Shown here one piece after another: positions 1 through 10,960 of a stretch of DNA of 64,000 nucleotides. The translations under genes were made by a program, and so were the position numbers. Numbering within the stretch: position 1 is the stretch's first letter; each line of letters starts with the position of its first letter. The notes below the pieces were generated by a model that saw only the letters and a program-made list of their open reading frames with translations, had not been told where the DNA came from and did not search any database. The stretch covers positions 134,288 through 198,287 of the forward strand of contig JAUCBJ010006695.1 in NCBI GenBank assembly GCA_032718475.1, given 5' to 3'. The DNA comes from Nemertoderma westbladi (lineage: Eukaryota; Animalia; Xenacoelomorpha).

Positions 1-214
1 TAGGTATGTTGCTACATAGTCGGATCCCAAGTGGGGTTTCTCATCGGGCTTTAATGTGGATCAGTTGGCGAAAATCTTTAAAAGTTACTTACGAATGAAT
101 TTTTCATTACAGACAGACAAGCGGACAGAACGACCGACTGGAGATGAAATTTTGCCCTATTTTTACTAATTGCAATTGTGCGCTAAGGCTTGCCCTGACT
201 GCGTGACTCGTCCC

Positions 215-450
215 ACAGAACACCAAACTCTCCAACCAACTACACCTAACTTTGACTCACTTTCACCCAACTACACTCCACTTCCACCCAACTCTCACCC
301 AACTACACCCAACTTTCAGCCAACTACCCCCAACAACACCCAACTTTCACCCAACTACACCCAATTCTCCACCCAACTACACCCAACTATCACCCAACTA
401 CAGTACACTCAACATTGTCTCACTTCCACCCAACTACACTTACCTTTCAC
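215..450 (+). repeat. Degenerate ~10-bp minisatellite (CCCAACTACA-like)
   Basis: Repeated cccaactaca/cccaactttca units; an inverted array of the same unit lies at ~1780-1980. Confidence 0.85.
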
Positions 451-774
451 CACTTTCTCGCAGGTCAGGATTTTTGAAAATAAAAAATTATAAAGCAAAT
501 TATAAAATTGTCAAAAACCATACAAATCCTAATCTACGTCGCTTTTTTGGATGTGAAGATGAGTAGGACATACAGTACAATATATCTAATGTTTAGTTCT
601 GAGGCATAACAGCGAGAACATGCGAGCCACGTAGTAAAGGCGAGCCTTAACGCACTATGATAATTAGTAAATACTGGAAAATTTATTTCGAGTTATTATC
701 ATATTCGAGTTAGTGAAATATTGAAACGAGGGACCGAAGTGAGATAAAAGTACATTATACACTATAATACGTTG

Positions 775-902
775 TTTTATTGTTAAATTTCTTGATTACT
801 TAACGCTCGTCTATGGACGAGCCGCAAATAATCCATCTATCTACTGTATTTACGGCTTGTCCAAGGACAAGCGTTAAGTAATTCAGAAATTTAACAATAA
901 AA
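775..902. repeat. Imperfect palindrome / MITE-like hairpin
   Basis: ttttattgttaaatttc...ttacttaacgctcgtc pairs with gacaagcgttaagtaa...gaaatttaacaataaaa. Confidence 0.75.
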
Positions 903-1774
903 TATTATAATTATCCTTTTTGTATCATATTACAAGAAAGATTGTAACATAGTCTTTATTTTCAACAGTTTTATTCTAAACTTCGTGGCCTTTATATTAA
1001 TTTGATCTTATCTTTCGTTTATTATTTTGGTTCCATGATAAATTTATTATTCGCCTATATTATACAGAAAGTACTTTATTTTCTAACCATTAAGATTGGA
1101 TCAGGGAGCCAAATGGAGTGTAAACTTGATACATGTAAAATGTAATGAGAAATGTAAAAAGTTCTAAAATTATTTCTGTTGTTTCGTTAAAAATTAATTA
1201 ATACAGTATAAAGGCCATAAAGTTTAAGATAAAGAAGCTGAAAATAATGTTACAGTTTATTTTCTTGTATTCTATGATACATAAAGGATAATTACATTAT
1301 TATAATTTCATTAAACATACTGTATAATATAGAACTTATGTCCATTAACTTTGTACGAATTATCTGCATTGCTATTCCCACAGCAGAAGTTTCCAATAAT
1401 GCGATTTCGTCGTTAAGGCTGTGAAGGTGACCCTCCTGTGTATCAATACCGTTTTCATTTTCACCGCAATCCCACAGCGCCAGTTTAGTTTGTACTGTAG
1501 CTTTAGTTTGGAGTTTTGATGCGTGGTATGTGTAGACATCTATAGGTATCTGGATCGTTCGTCAATAGTCTCTGTGTCTCTCCTTTGTATATTTATTGCT
1601 AAATTCATCAATTATTCTAGAATCAACCTGCAATAAAAATAAAATGTTAGTTAGTTATTTTCATAATTGCAGGACAGTGATGGCAAAATACAGCACGAGT
1701 ACATGCAACTTTTAAAAGTTCATATCTCAGCAATTCCTCAAAGAAGTTCAGAGTTTGTTACTGTACATGTTTGG

Positions 1775-1980
1775 TGTAAGTTGGATGCTGTTGTGTTGAA
1801 CGTGAAGTTGGGTGTATTTGCAGAGTTGGGTGTAGATGGGTGGTATAGTTGGGTGTAGTTGGTGAAAGTTGGGTGTAGCTGTGTAGTTGGGTGGTAGTTG
1901 GGTGAAAGTTGGGTGTAGTTGGGTGAAAGTTGGGTGTAGTTGGGTGTAGTTGTGTGAAAGTTGGGTGTAGTTGGGTGATT
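1775..1980 (-). repeat. Inverted copy of the CCCAACTACA minisatellite
   Basis: gttgggtgta/gttgggtgaaa units, reverse complement of 215-450. Confidence 0.85.
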
Positions 1981-2400
1981 AGGCTGACCCTCCAGTTGTT
2001 TACTGGTCAACCACACACACACACACACCCCTGCACTAAGTGCTCCAAAGAGGCCAACCATTCATTGGTTCGATTTTGACACTTTATTATTGTAATTGGT
2101 AGGGGGAAATTTGAAATTTAATGAAATTCAATCGACCTATTGTTGATGTTGCGGTACCGGTATTAGTTTTATATTGCAGGTATTATTATCGCTTCCGGTC
2201 CGGCGTCTATGCTCTACCCTGCAGATACTAAAACTACAGTAATGCTGCAATTTTTGTTTGTTATTCCGATTTCTCGTTATGTTTTGTACTCAGTGTGGAG
2301 TAAATCTCGTCGATTCTGCGAAATTATGTCACCAGTGTGGAACAAAAGTTGTAGGTATCGGCAATGAATCATTTACAGGTGCTGCTACCAGCTACCAAAC

Positions 2401-2645
2401 GGCGGGGTAGCTCAGTTGGTTGAGCGCCGGGCCTGCAATCTATTGGTTGTAGGTTCAGCCCCGCCAGGGTCCACTCAGCCTTTCATCCACTGGGGTCGAT
2501 GAAATGAGTACCAGTTAAATAACTGGGAGCAAATCTTGGGATAGGAGTAGCACCCACCCCTACCCTCGGGTAGTAGCTATCGAAAGAGGAGCCTTCGGGC
2601 CGCCTCCGGCTTCGGCCAACTGTTTGCTTTTTGTTTTTTGCTTGC
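2401..2645 (+). mobile_element. tRNA-derived SINE
   Basis: Head ggcggggtagctcagttggttgagcg (A box), anticodon-like loop ctGCAat, ggttcagcc (degenerate B box), core ctcagcctttcatcc...ggtcgatgaaatgagtacc, T-rich tail. Confidence 0.75.
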
Positions 2646-2711
2646 TACCGGTACTCTACTCATCAATCATCACCCATGTCGTTTACCGAATATCTCTCAA
2701 CCAAGAAACGA

Positions 2712-2887
2712 GGACAACAACCACACACACAACTGGACAACCACACACACAACTGGACAACCACACACACAACTGGACAACCACACACACAACTGGACAA
2801 CCACACACACAACTGGACGGCCACACACACAACTGGACAACCACACACACACAACTGGACAACCACACACAAAACTGGACAACCACC
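2712..2887 (+). repeat. 20-bp minisatellite (GGACAACCACACACACAACT)n, ~8 copies
   Basis: Direct tandem units; source of several spurious ORFs. Confidence 0.9.
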
Positions 2888-3576
2888 TAAAATGAAAAAT
2901 GATGTGTGTGTGGTTGTCTGGCCACTTTGGGCTTCCGTACTAATGTAAGAAATTTTGTGGAATTTTGGACCTTTGCCATTGGCCAGCCAGAAGGGCCAAT
3001 GGTGAATGGTAATGTCCAAAATGCCACAAAATTGCTTAGATTTTAGAGCCTTATGACTTAGGGTTAGGGATACATGACAGGTTTAATTCTGTAATTAGGG
3101 TTTCGGGCCGTCATTTCACTTTGAATTATAGGGTTTCGGACCGCCACTCTCGAAATCTGGTGTGAAAATGATCTGTGGGGGGGGTAGGGGCATTTCATTT
3201 GGTGCTAGGCGAAAATGCCGGGGGGGGGGGGGGGGGGTGGGCATTCCGCGCGGGGGACATTTTCGCCTGTGACACTGTCGTACTGCCATACTCTAATAAC
3301 AATCTTGCCATCTTTATCTGTATTTATATTTTAAAAAATTATTTTCTTATAAGCACGGCATGGGCCTACTACAGTAAACAACAGGCCTATCCCAGTATAT
3401 CACAGCTTATCAGGGAGTCAGGGTCAACCATACTAGACTTGAATTGCTCCGAATTTACATCAGTACGTGGTTTACAATTACTGAAACAAATTAGGCCTAC
3501 CTAAAATTACCTAAAAACAAAATGTTTATAATATCCGAATATGTATAAGTATTTATCTTGGTGCAATGCAGACGAG

Positions 3577-5347
3577 TAGTGTCTACATCATTGTCCCGAA
3601 TAGGGTGTTTCCCTTAACTTCTATGGGGCTTTCTATTATTCCTAACTGTCCCAAATACGTTGTGTAATGATTTCCAACCTGTCCAATATAGGGGCATCCA
3701 ATCAAATCATCATATGAGCCAACTCCTCATCATCGGACCAATACCAACATTCCTAAAGTTAAGCATCTCCCTTATTGGCTATATAATGTAAAGGTTAATG
3801 GAAAATTCCACTGATATATAATCCAAGTGTCAACTACGAATCCGGGGCTCATTATAACAACCTATACTGGACCGAGCAACGTATTTGGGACAAGAGCAGG
3901 TTGAGGTATATGGACAGTGGAAATTTCCATTCTAAATAAGGTCATTTGGAATACATGTTCCCTAGTTATTTATGGTTAAAGATATACTATGGGTGCCTTG
4001 CAAATGGCCTGTAAGACTGTGATGCATTATAGGCTATAGTGTCATTATAGTCACATTATTTCATTTCATGTTGTGCAATTTATTCATGTTTGCAATTTAT
4101 TCATGTTGTGCAATTTATTCATGTGGTGCAATTTATTGATTTATAATAAATCTAAATACATTCGTATAATAATAATTAATTGACAATCAAATTAGTGATA
4201 CCGCACCCTCATCCCCCAGACTCATCTTCATCCGAAATAGTTCTTACTAAGTCTTAAATTTGCCTCAAATAGGTTGTTATTGTCCCATATAGGGTGTTAG
4301 TGTCCCATATAGTTTGATTGTGCCCAAAATAGCCTGTGGCTTTAAAAAATTATTTCAAATAGTTTATAAATGTAAAGGAATACTGAAAAGAATATCGACT
4401 TCATTCATAACCCATATAGGGTGTTTTTGTTCCAAATAGCGTGTGACTTCCTCAAAATGAGTTCAAATGGTTTCTAAATGTCATGGAATACTCAAAAGAA
4501 TATAGAATTCACTACCATAACTTTAATTTCAATTTGTCCCAAATAGGTTGTTTTCATACCATATAGGGTGTTTGTGTCCCATATAGGGTGTGAATTGCTT
4601 ATAATGATTTCAAATAGTTTCTAAATGTAATGGAATACTCAAAATAACATAGAATTCACTACCATAGCTTTAATTTCAATTTGTCCCAAATAGGTTGTTT
4701 ATGTCCCATATAGGGTGTTTGTGTCCCATATAGGGTGTTTGTATCCCGAATAGTGTGTGACTTTCTCAAAATGACTTTACATAGTTTATAAATATAATGG
4801 AATACTAAAAAGGATATATAATTCACTATCAGAATTTAGATTTAATAATTTAGAAACTTTTTAAAATCATTATAAGAAATTTACACACTATTTAGGACAC
4901 AACCACCCTATATTGGACATAAACAACCTATTTGGGACAAATTTAAATGAAAGCTATGGTAGTGGATTTTATATTCTTTTGAGTATTCCATTACATTTAG
5001 AAACTATTTGAAATCATTATAAGCAATTAATACCCTATAAGGGACACAAACACCCTATATGGGACAAAAACAACCTATTTGGGACAAATTTAAATTAATT
5101 AAAGTTATGATAGTGAATTCTATTTTCTTTTGAGTATTTACATTATATTTATAAACTATGTTAAATCATTTTGCGAAAGTCACACGCTATTTGAGACAAA
5201 AACACCCTATATGGGACACAAACACCCTATATGGGACACAAACACCCTATATGGGACATAAACAACCTATTTGGAACAAATTGGAATTAAAGCTATGATT
5301 ATGAAGTCGATATTATTTTCAGTATTCCTTTACATTCATAAACTATT
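3577..5347. mobile_element. Foldback / long-TIR non-autonomous DNA element, left part (interrupted by element A)
   Basis: 3577 onward (tagtgtctacatcattgtcc...) is the reverse complement of 24047-24718; internal tgtcccatatagggtgtt units switch orientation near 4850. Confidence 0.8.
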
Positions 5348-6628
5348 TGTACGCGCTTTTGAAGACCTTTAGCAGTTTGACCTGCCAAAATTTATATGTC
5401 TTTTGGTTTATAAATATACTTTAGAAGAAGACAAATATTTTATACCAATAAACACAACATTAGCAGAAGCCAGCCTAGTGCGCGTCCATTCACCCGCTGG
5501 ATAATCCCGGGAGACTGGATTCTGTCGGCTTAAATTATTATTGCAGTGAAGCTTACGGTATTGTATTATTCGATTGATCGTTAATAATTAATTTCTGACT
5601 AATATTATTTACTTTCGGGAAATATTAACAGTTCCTTTAGGACGTGGCGCTCTATCTAGGTAAACAGAGATATGACTTATACTAATCACAATGGTAAGTC
5701 GGTAAGGCTTAAGATTCACGTATGAGGCGCATTCTTTAGGAAATGCTTAGTTATCAATCACAATCATGCACACTACCGGTAACACACAATACTGCTCACT
5801 AATTTGCCGACAGTCAATGAATTTTATCATATATAAAGAGAATAGCAACGGACCAATGTAGTGCTTATCAAATAGCATTAAATTCACTACAAACCACAAT
5901 AATATAAGTCGCAATCGCTATATATAACCCGTCTCTCTAACCTGTAGTGTATCAAGAAAATTGGGAAATTTGGGTTCTTTATATATGTTCTCCAAATAAT
6001 ATTCAACCAAACACAATAGTAAACAGCAGTATAATAATGTATATTGAACCGATAATATAAAAACAGAAACCAGTTGATATGAATTGAATTGCATTGAAGT
6101 GATAAGAATTGTTGTTGATAACAGTCATACGCTCTATAATTTTAGCCTACTAATGTTTCTTATAAAAGTATGAAACGAATTGATTCTAGAGCCGTTGTTC
6201 CTGGCCTAGACAGCAATAACAACAAAGTATCAAGAAAAAACTGTAAGACTGAACACACTCCTTATGATCGACCGAAAAGCTACACGTCGACAGGAAAAAT
6301 CTCTCTGATTGGTTCAAGCCAAACAAAGAACCATGCGTCCAATGGCTGTTTCCATGTCAGCAACCAGCTGTTAGATGTCGTAATATGAATCATCACGGCT
6401 AAGCTATGAAGGGTATTTGTCACATTGCAGGTTTTTTGTCTTACCATGTCCGCTAAAACACGTATATAGCAGAATGACTTTTATGTCCGTTAAAACACCT
6501 GTAACGGTACCTTGAGGGCGAGGGGAATATTTATACAGTTAGAGAACCTTTTTAGAGTATTCCAGCGCCTGGGGGGAAACTGGATTGCGAAGCAAAGGGG
6601 CCAGTTATATCCCACAGAAGCTTTTACA
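5348..6628 (-). repeat. 3' LTR of element A
   Basis: Direct repeat of 22766-24046 (offset 17418); only 2 substitutions noticed by eye; preceded on the minus strand by a short purine tract gggagcgg. Confidence 0.97.
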
Positions 6629-6706
6629 CCGCTCCCAGAAAATGGGATTTGAGTCTATAAAATATACAAAATCACAGTTTCTAATATACGTAAATACTCT
6701 AAACAG

Positions 6707-9700
6707 TTAGTCTTTCTTGCGCGGACGGCGTTTACGCAGTTTTTTAAAGCTAGCAAGAGTCCTTTTCTCTTTGGGGCGAGCCACTTTACAAGGAGGGCTA
6801 TAACTCCTGGGTGAAGGGTGCAATATGATTGCATCAGAGGGTGTAGGATTATGGTCGGTGTATCCGCCAGTCGAAGTACCGGGTTGATTGACGTCAACGT
6901 CAGGTGAGAGGGGTCTAACGGCTTTGAGAGCTCGTTTCAAGACAGCCGCTCTTACGGGTCCTTTACGAGTGGTCTGAACGAGGGCCGTGGGTGGACCATA
7001 GGCAGTTAGAAACTTCCGGGGTTTAATGGTCCTTTCCAACTCGCGTTCGCGGGCTCGGTATTCGTAAGGCCTTCGATGTACTTCCTGCAACTCGGGATGT
7101 GAGTTAACAAACAAGTCTCCATAGTCCGGATCCTGACGGATATAATTGATTAAGTTATAGGAATGAAGGTCGCTAGGATTAACACTCCTGAGAAATTTGC
7201 GTACGAATTTAGTTGAAATACATTCTCCGACGCGCTTCAGTAGCTCGTAACTCGATATGCGTGATTTCTGTTCAACAGAAGCGAATAGATAAGGATGGAA
7301 CGCATAAACTCCTTCGTAAGCGCGTCCGGGATAATAGCGATGGCGCGAATCACAATGTAAATCAGCGTTCGCTTCCCAAGCTCTGATGTAACGCAGTGTG
7401 ATCATTTCATCTACGCTTTCTAAATCGTGATTAAAAGGGCAGTCGAAACTAGCATGTCCCTTTAGTTGACAATGGTGACATTGAGTCATAAATTGAGGGC
7501 AAACCGCAAAGATATGCAGGTTATTGAGTCTGCAATATGCGCAATAAATTTCCATAGTTGGTTGTTCTTGGAAATAGGAACAGCGGACGTTGGTGTCCAT
7601 GGGAGTATCGTGGTCTCTCGAGGCGCATAACTGACAACGTTGCCTAGAAACATAGTTGGCATGGCGATAATCGTACGCCGTGAGACACTGTGGGCCTTGA
7701 TACCATTCTATGATGTAATCGTTGTCGCTGGTCCGGGGCGCGATAGGCTGAATCTCTTCAGATTCTAGACATATTGGTTCGTCTTCCAAGTGCATAGCTG
7801 AAGTGGGTGTGTCTGTCTCTTCAGGTGGACCTATCGTCTGAATTTCCACAACAGAGTAACCTGTGGGGATTCGAGGTCTTTGTATAACTGAGGAGTGCAA
7901 GTTCGATATACAAATCTCTTGGAAAATGGCGAATCCAGCGCTATCCAACTTCTCTGCAGCTGAGTTTCTTAGGCTGAGTTTGGTCAAAGCGCGGTCTTTA
8001 AATTGGCTATCCACGTTGCGAAACGGGGTTAAAAATCGCCGGAAACATTCGAAACGGATGAATTTATTATGTTCATCTAGCTTGGCGAGTTTGGTCCCAA
8101 GTATTAATGGATGGGCACGTATAGTACGACTGCACACATCGGCTAGCCAACCGGCAAGTGCGGTGTTTTCAAAGATCGTGTATATAGCTAAGGAGGGACG
8201 GAGTGGAACACTCATGAAGCTATACACGGCGCCAGGTGCGGTCAATGGTCCATCAAAGTATAATCGAGAATAATGGTCTCCGTATACCTGTTGATAGTTA
8301 ATGGGATTTCCGACCTTGAAATTCCATCCGTATTCCTGAAAGGCAAGATGTCCGATGGAAGTTCGTTGCACCTTGGTAATGTTGCTAGACGTATTAGCAT
8401 ACATGGTGCGGAAGAAACCTCGACCTTCTGCCCAGGGAGCAATCAGCTGAGTATCAACGAAAGGGTATGGAATGTCCTCCATATTCCGAAAGTCGTTTTG
8501 GAGATCTCCATAAACAGCTGAGCCGATTTTAAGGATTCTTTTGTTGAACAACATCTCGAGTACGGGCTGGGGTAACATCGATCCATCGATGCCCATGGCC
8601 GGTTTGCGTTCGGTGTCAATGACGTAACGCTGCGCGAGTTCGAATTGTCCATGTCGGAGATTCTTTTGTGTTTCGGTGAGAGTTTCAAAAGAATAATCAA
8701 TCAAGTCGGAACACGCTCGAGTAAACACGTGGGTAGAACCAGCTAATCCGCGGATGTGGATCATGCGCGTAGTTCCTAGCTCTCCGACCGGAACGCTACC
8801 TTCATTATCGTAGGTGACAACTCCATACATCTCAATAACATTAAGAGTTTCATTCCACTCCTTGGTGGCGTTCTCTAGGGTCATCCCTACTGGATGCCAC
8901 AAGGTGGCGCATTGGTTAGCGTCAGGGAGATCACTATACTTCATATGCCGAGTGGTATACGTCTCCACATTTCCAAATCTTTGTATTTTCTCTTCTTCAA
9001 ATAATACATCTAGATTCCAATGGACTAATCGAGTTTTAATAAATCCATCGAGGTTATAAGGAGGTTCTATATCTTTCTCGATTCGAGAAATGTTATATGG
9101 TTTTCTAAATGAGTTTACCTTTACTAACTGATCCAGATGTTTCTGCAATTGTTCAAGTTCGACAATGTCGAGAGGATTTATTAGTGGTAGAAACTTTAAA
9201 TCATGTGTCGGGTCTTCTGGTTTTACCATATAATATTGGGTCAGATTAACGTAATAAGGGTGGTCTTTAATCCCGTAAAACGAGTTCTGTAAAGGTCTAG
9301 CGCGTATGTTGACATCGTGTACCATACGACGGACAAGATCCGCTCGATTGTCCGGAGGTTCAACGAGTATACCGTCAACACGAGCGGCCTCGATCGGCGG
9401 ACGCTGTAACATAGGGGCGTCAGCGATGAGGTTTTGCGATCCTGTACTGATATCAACCGGTTGAGGTTGTATCGTCGCGAAGAGCTTGTCTCCGAAATGT
9501 GGAATCATAGAGGGACGACGAACGGTTTTAGAGTAGAGGTCCGTCATGAGGATTTGAGCTTCAGGTTGGGCTAAAGCGGCTTCTTCTCTTTCTTCCAGTT
9601 TCGTGTGTTTCTCTTCGATTAGATTTTCTTCCGCTTGTCTCTGTAAGCGTTCATCTAAAAATTCTTGTAGAGAATACGTGCGTCCAAGCTCGATGTCTTC

Positions 9701-10960
9701 CTCGAGGTTTTGGATTTCTCTATCGAACTGTGGCAAGGCTAACTCCTTCACCGATTGGACTTGTTGTTGTAATTTACGTTTCTCTAAACAATCTTGTGTC
9801 CCCTTTCCGATTTTCTGTCGAATGGCGTCTAAAGCGTTTCTTATAACACTCTCCTCGACTTCCGTGGCGGGTTGTATCGGGTTTAATCCTGGACGATTGT
9901 AAGGATCAAAGGGCGATATTAGCTGCCTGCGTCCCAATCCGGCTAAGTAGGATGGGCGGATGTCTAACGAACCCACTACCGGAGCACCACCGATTAGTTG
10001 TTCGGGTAACACTAAGTCTTTGAACAGGGAATATAGTTCGGGAGGATCAGTGATACTGTTAGGATCAAGAGTTTGAGGTCTCACTAGGGAATGAGGAGGC
10101 CTGACCGAGTATTCCGGAACTCTGATCATGGGTTTATTCAGTGATCGTTTAAGACGAGCGATCGTGGGTGGTATGTCGAACAGGTTTCGCTCGAAACTCC
10201 CGTAAGTGTAACGCGTAAAACTATGTTTAGCGCAACGTCTCCGCGGATGTTTATGTCTTTCAGTTTGTTGGTTAGGTCTAGGACATTCGTCACAATAATA
10301 CCAAAGAAGTACGTCCTGTAGAGGAAACGCGGGTGTTCGTTCTCCAGTTTTGCAGTATTCTTCCATTTGTTCAAAACTATCCGGGATAACAGGTAGTGGA
10401 CGATCGGCGGTAAGATACATCATAGTGAAATAGAGCCGTTTAAGTTCTAACACAGGGTCGTGATGTATACCTTGAGGATATCGAGTCTCTAAGTTCTGCT
10501 GACTAGCGACATTGAGATAGGTTTCTCTCAAAAACTCTAAGTATTCGTTGAAGTCGATGCGTTTATCCGGTTCTTCAACGTTTTCTCTTTCCAGTCTATT
10601 ACGAATAGAATTTTCGTGATCTATTCTCGGTTTATCGTTACGACTCCACTGGGTATGATATTTAAATAGAACCATTTCCCTTTCTGTATCTTTATCGTCC
10701 GTATCATGTAAATCGATAGGATGGCCGGTCGTTAGGAAGTCCATATACGTACCATTATGATTCGTATAGCGAGTGGTGAATTTTCGATAGTCCAATTCAC
10801 GCGCAAGTTGCTCTTGGGACATCGGCGGTTCGATATAACGACCATCGTCCTCCGTAATGGTTGGATCGGCTTCACCGCGTATTAAGCTATCCACAAATGC
10901 TTGTAAAGGTAGAGTATATCGCTCCCTAATACCAAGATCATCTTCTATTAACTCCATCAT
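6707..10960 (-). CDS. Element A accessory ORF2, 1417 aa: unknown N-terminal region with a Cys/His cluster and coiled coil, DEDDy 3'-5' exonuclease-like domain, three CCHC-type zinc knuckles, basic C-terminal tail
   Basis: Intact ORF. VVTYDNEG (D718/E720, ExoI-like), LFNKRILKIGSAVYGD (D819, ExoII-like), FVDTQ, PLRPSLAIYTIFE (Y927/E931, ExoIII-like); CQLC..H..C, CAYC..H..C, CHHCQLKGHASFDC; KKLRKRRPRKKD. Confidence 0.85.
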   Translation of the reverse strand: MMELIEDDLGIRERYTLPLQAFVDSLIRGEADPTITEDDGRYIEPPMSQEQLARELDYRKFTTRYTNHNGTYMDFLTTGHPIDLHDTDDKDTEREMVLFKYHTQWSRNDKPRIDHENSIRNRLERENVEEPDKRIDFNEYLEFLRETYLNVASQQNLETRYPQGIHHDPVLELKRLYFTMMYLTADRPLPVIPDSFEQMEEYCKTGERTPAFPLQDVLLWYYCDECPRPNQQTERHKHPRRRCAKHSFTRYTYGSFERNLFDIPPTIARLKRSLNKPMIRVPEYSVRPPHSLVRPQTLDPNSITDPPELYSLFKDLVLPEQLIGGAPVVGSLDIRPSYLAGLGRRQLISPFDPYNRPGLNPIQPATEVEESVIRNALDAIRQKIGKGTQDCLEKRKLQQQVQSVKELALPQFDREIQNLEEDIELGRTYSLQEFLDERLQRQAEENLIEEKHTKLEEREEAALAQPEAQILMTDLYSKTVRRPSMIPHFGDKLFATIQPQPVDISTGSQNLIADAPMLQRPPIEAARVDGILVEPPDNRADLVRRMVHDVNIRARPLQNSFYGIKDHPYYVNLTQYYMVKPEDPTHDLKFLPLINPLDIVELEQLQKHLDQLVKVNSFRKPYNISRIEKDIEPPYNLDGFIKTRLVHWNLDVLFEEEKIQRFGNVETYTTRHMKYSDLPDANQCATLWHPVGMTLENATKEWNETLNVIEMYGVVTYDNEGSVPVGELGTTRMIHIRGLAGSTHVFTRACSDLIDYSFETLTETQKNLRHGQFELAQRYVIDTERKPAMGIDGSMLPQPVLEMLFNKRILKIGSAVYGDLQNDFRNMEDIPYPFVDTQLIAPWAEGRGFFRTMYANTSSNITKVQRTSIGHLAFQEYGWNFKVGNPINYQQVYGDHYSRLYFDGPLTAPGAVYSFMSVPLRPSLAIYTIFENTALAGWLADVCSRTIRAHPLILGTKLAKLDEHNKFIRFECFRRFLTPFRNVDSQFKDRALTKLSLRNSAAEKLDSAGFAIFQEICISNLHSSVIQRPRIPTGYSVVEIQTIGPPEETDTPTSAMHLEDEPICLESEEIQPIAPRTSDNDYIIEWYQGPQCLTAYDYRHANYVSRQRCQLCASRDHDTPMDTNVRCSYFQEQPTMEIYCAYCRLNNLHIFAVCPQFMTQCHHCQLKGHASFDCPFNHDLESVDEMITLRYIRAWEANADLHCDSRHRYYPGRAYEGVYAFHPYLFASVEQKSRISSYELLKRVGECISTKFVRKFLRSVNPSDLHSYNLINYIRQDPDYGDLFVNSHPELQEVHRRPYEYRARERELERTIKPRKFLTAYGPPTALVQTTRKGPVRAAVLKRALKAVRPLSPDVDVNQPGTSTGGYTDHNPTPSDAIILHPSPRSYSPPCKVARPKEKRTLASFKKLRKRRPRKKD

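Noticed and set aside
2401-2475. Functional tRNA-Cys gene
   Set aside because: T-arm degenerate and the sequence continues into a SINE core and tail
170-3019. Thr/Pro/His- and Cys/Val-rich ORFs
   Set aside because: Translations of minisatellites, open in several frames
6170-6388. 72-aa ORF duplicated at 23588, and the 71/76-aa ORFs at 28889, 29111, 38680 and 38902
   Set aside because: Duplicated only because they lie in LTRs; not shared between A and B
6707-10960. ORF2 as an envelope gene
   Set aside because: No signal peptide or transmembrane anchor; it has nuclease-like and zinc-knuckle motifs and a basic tail
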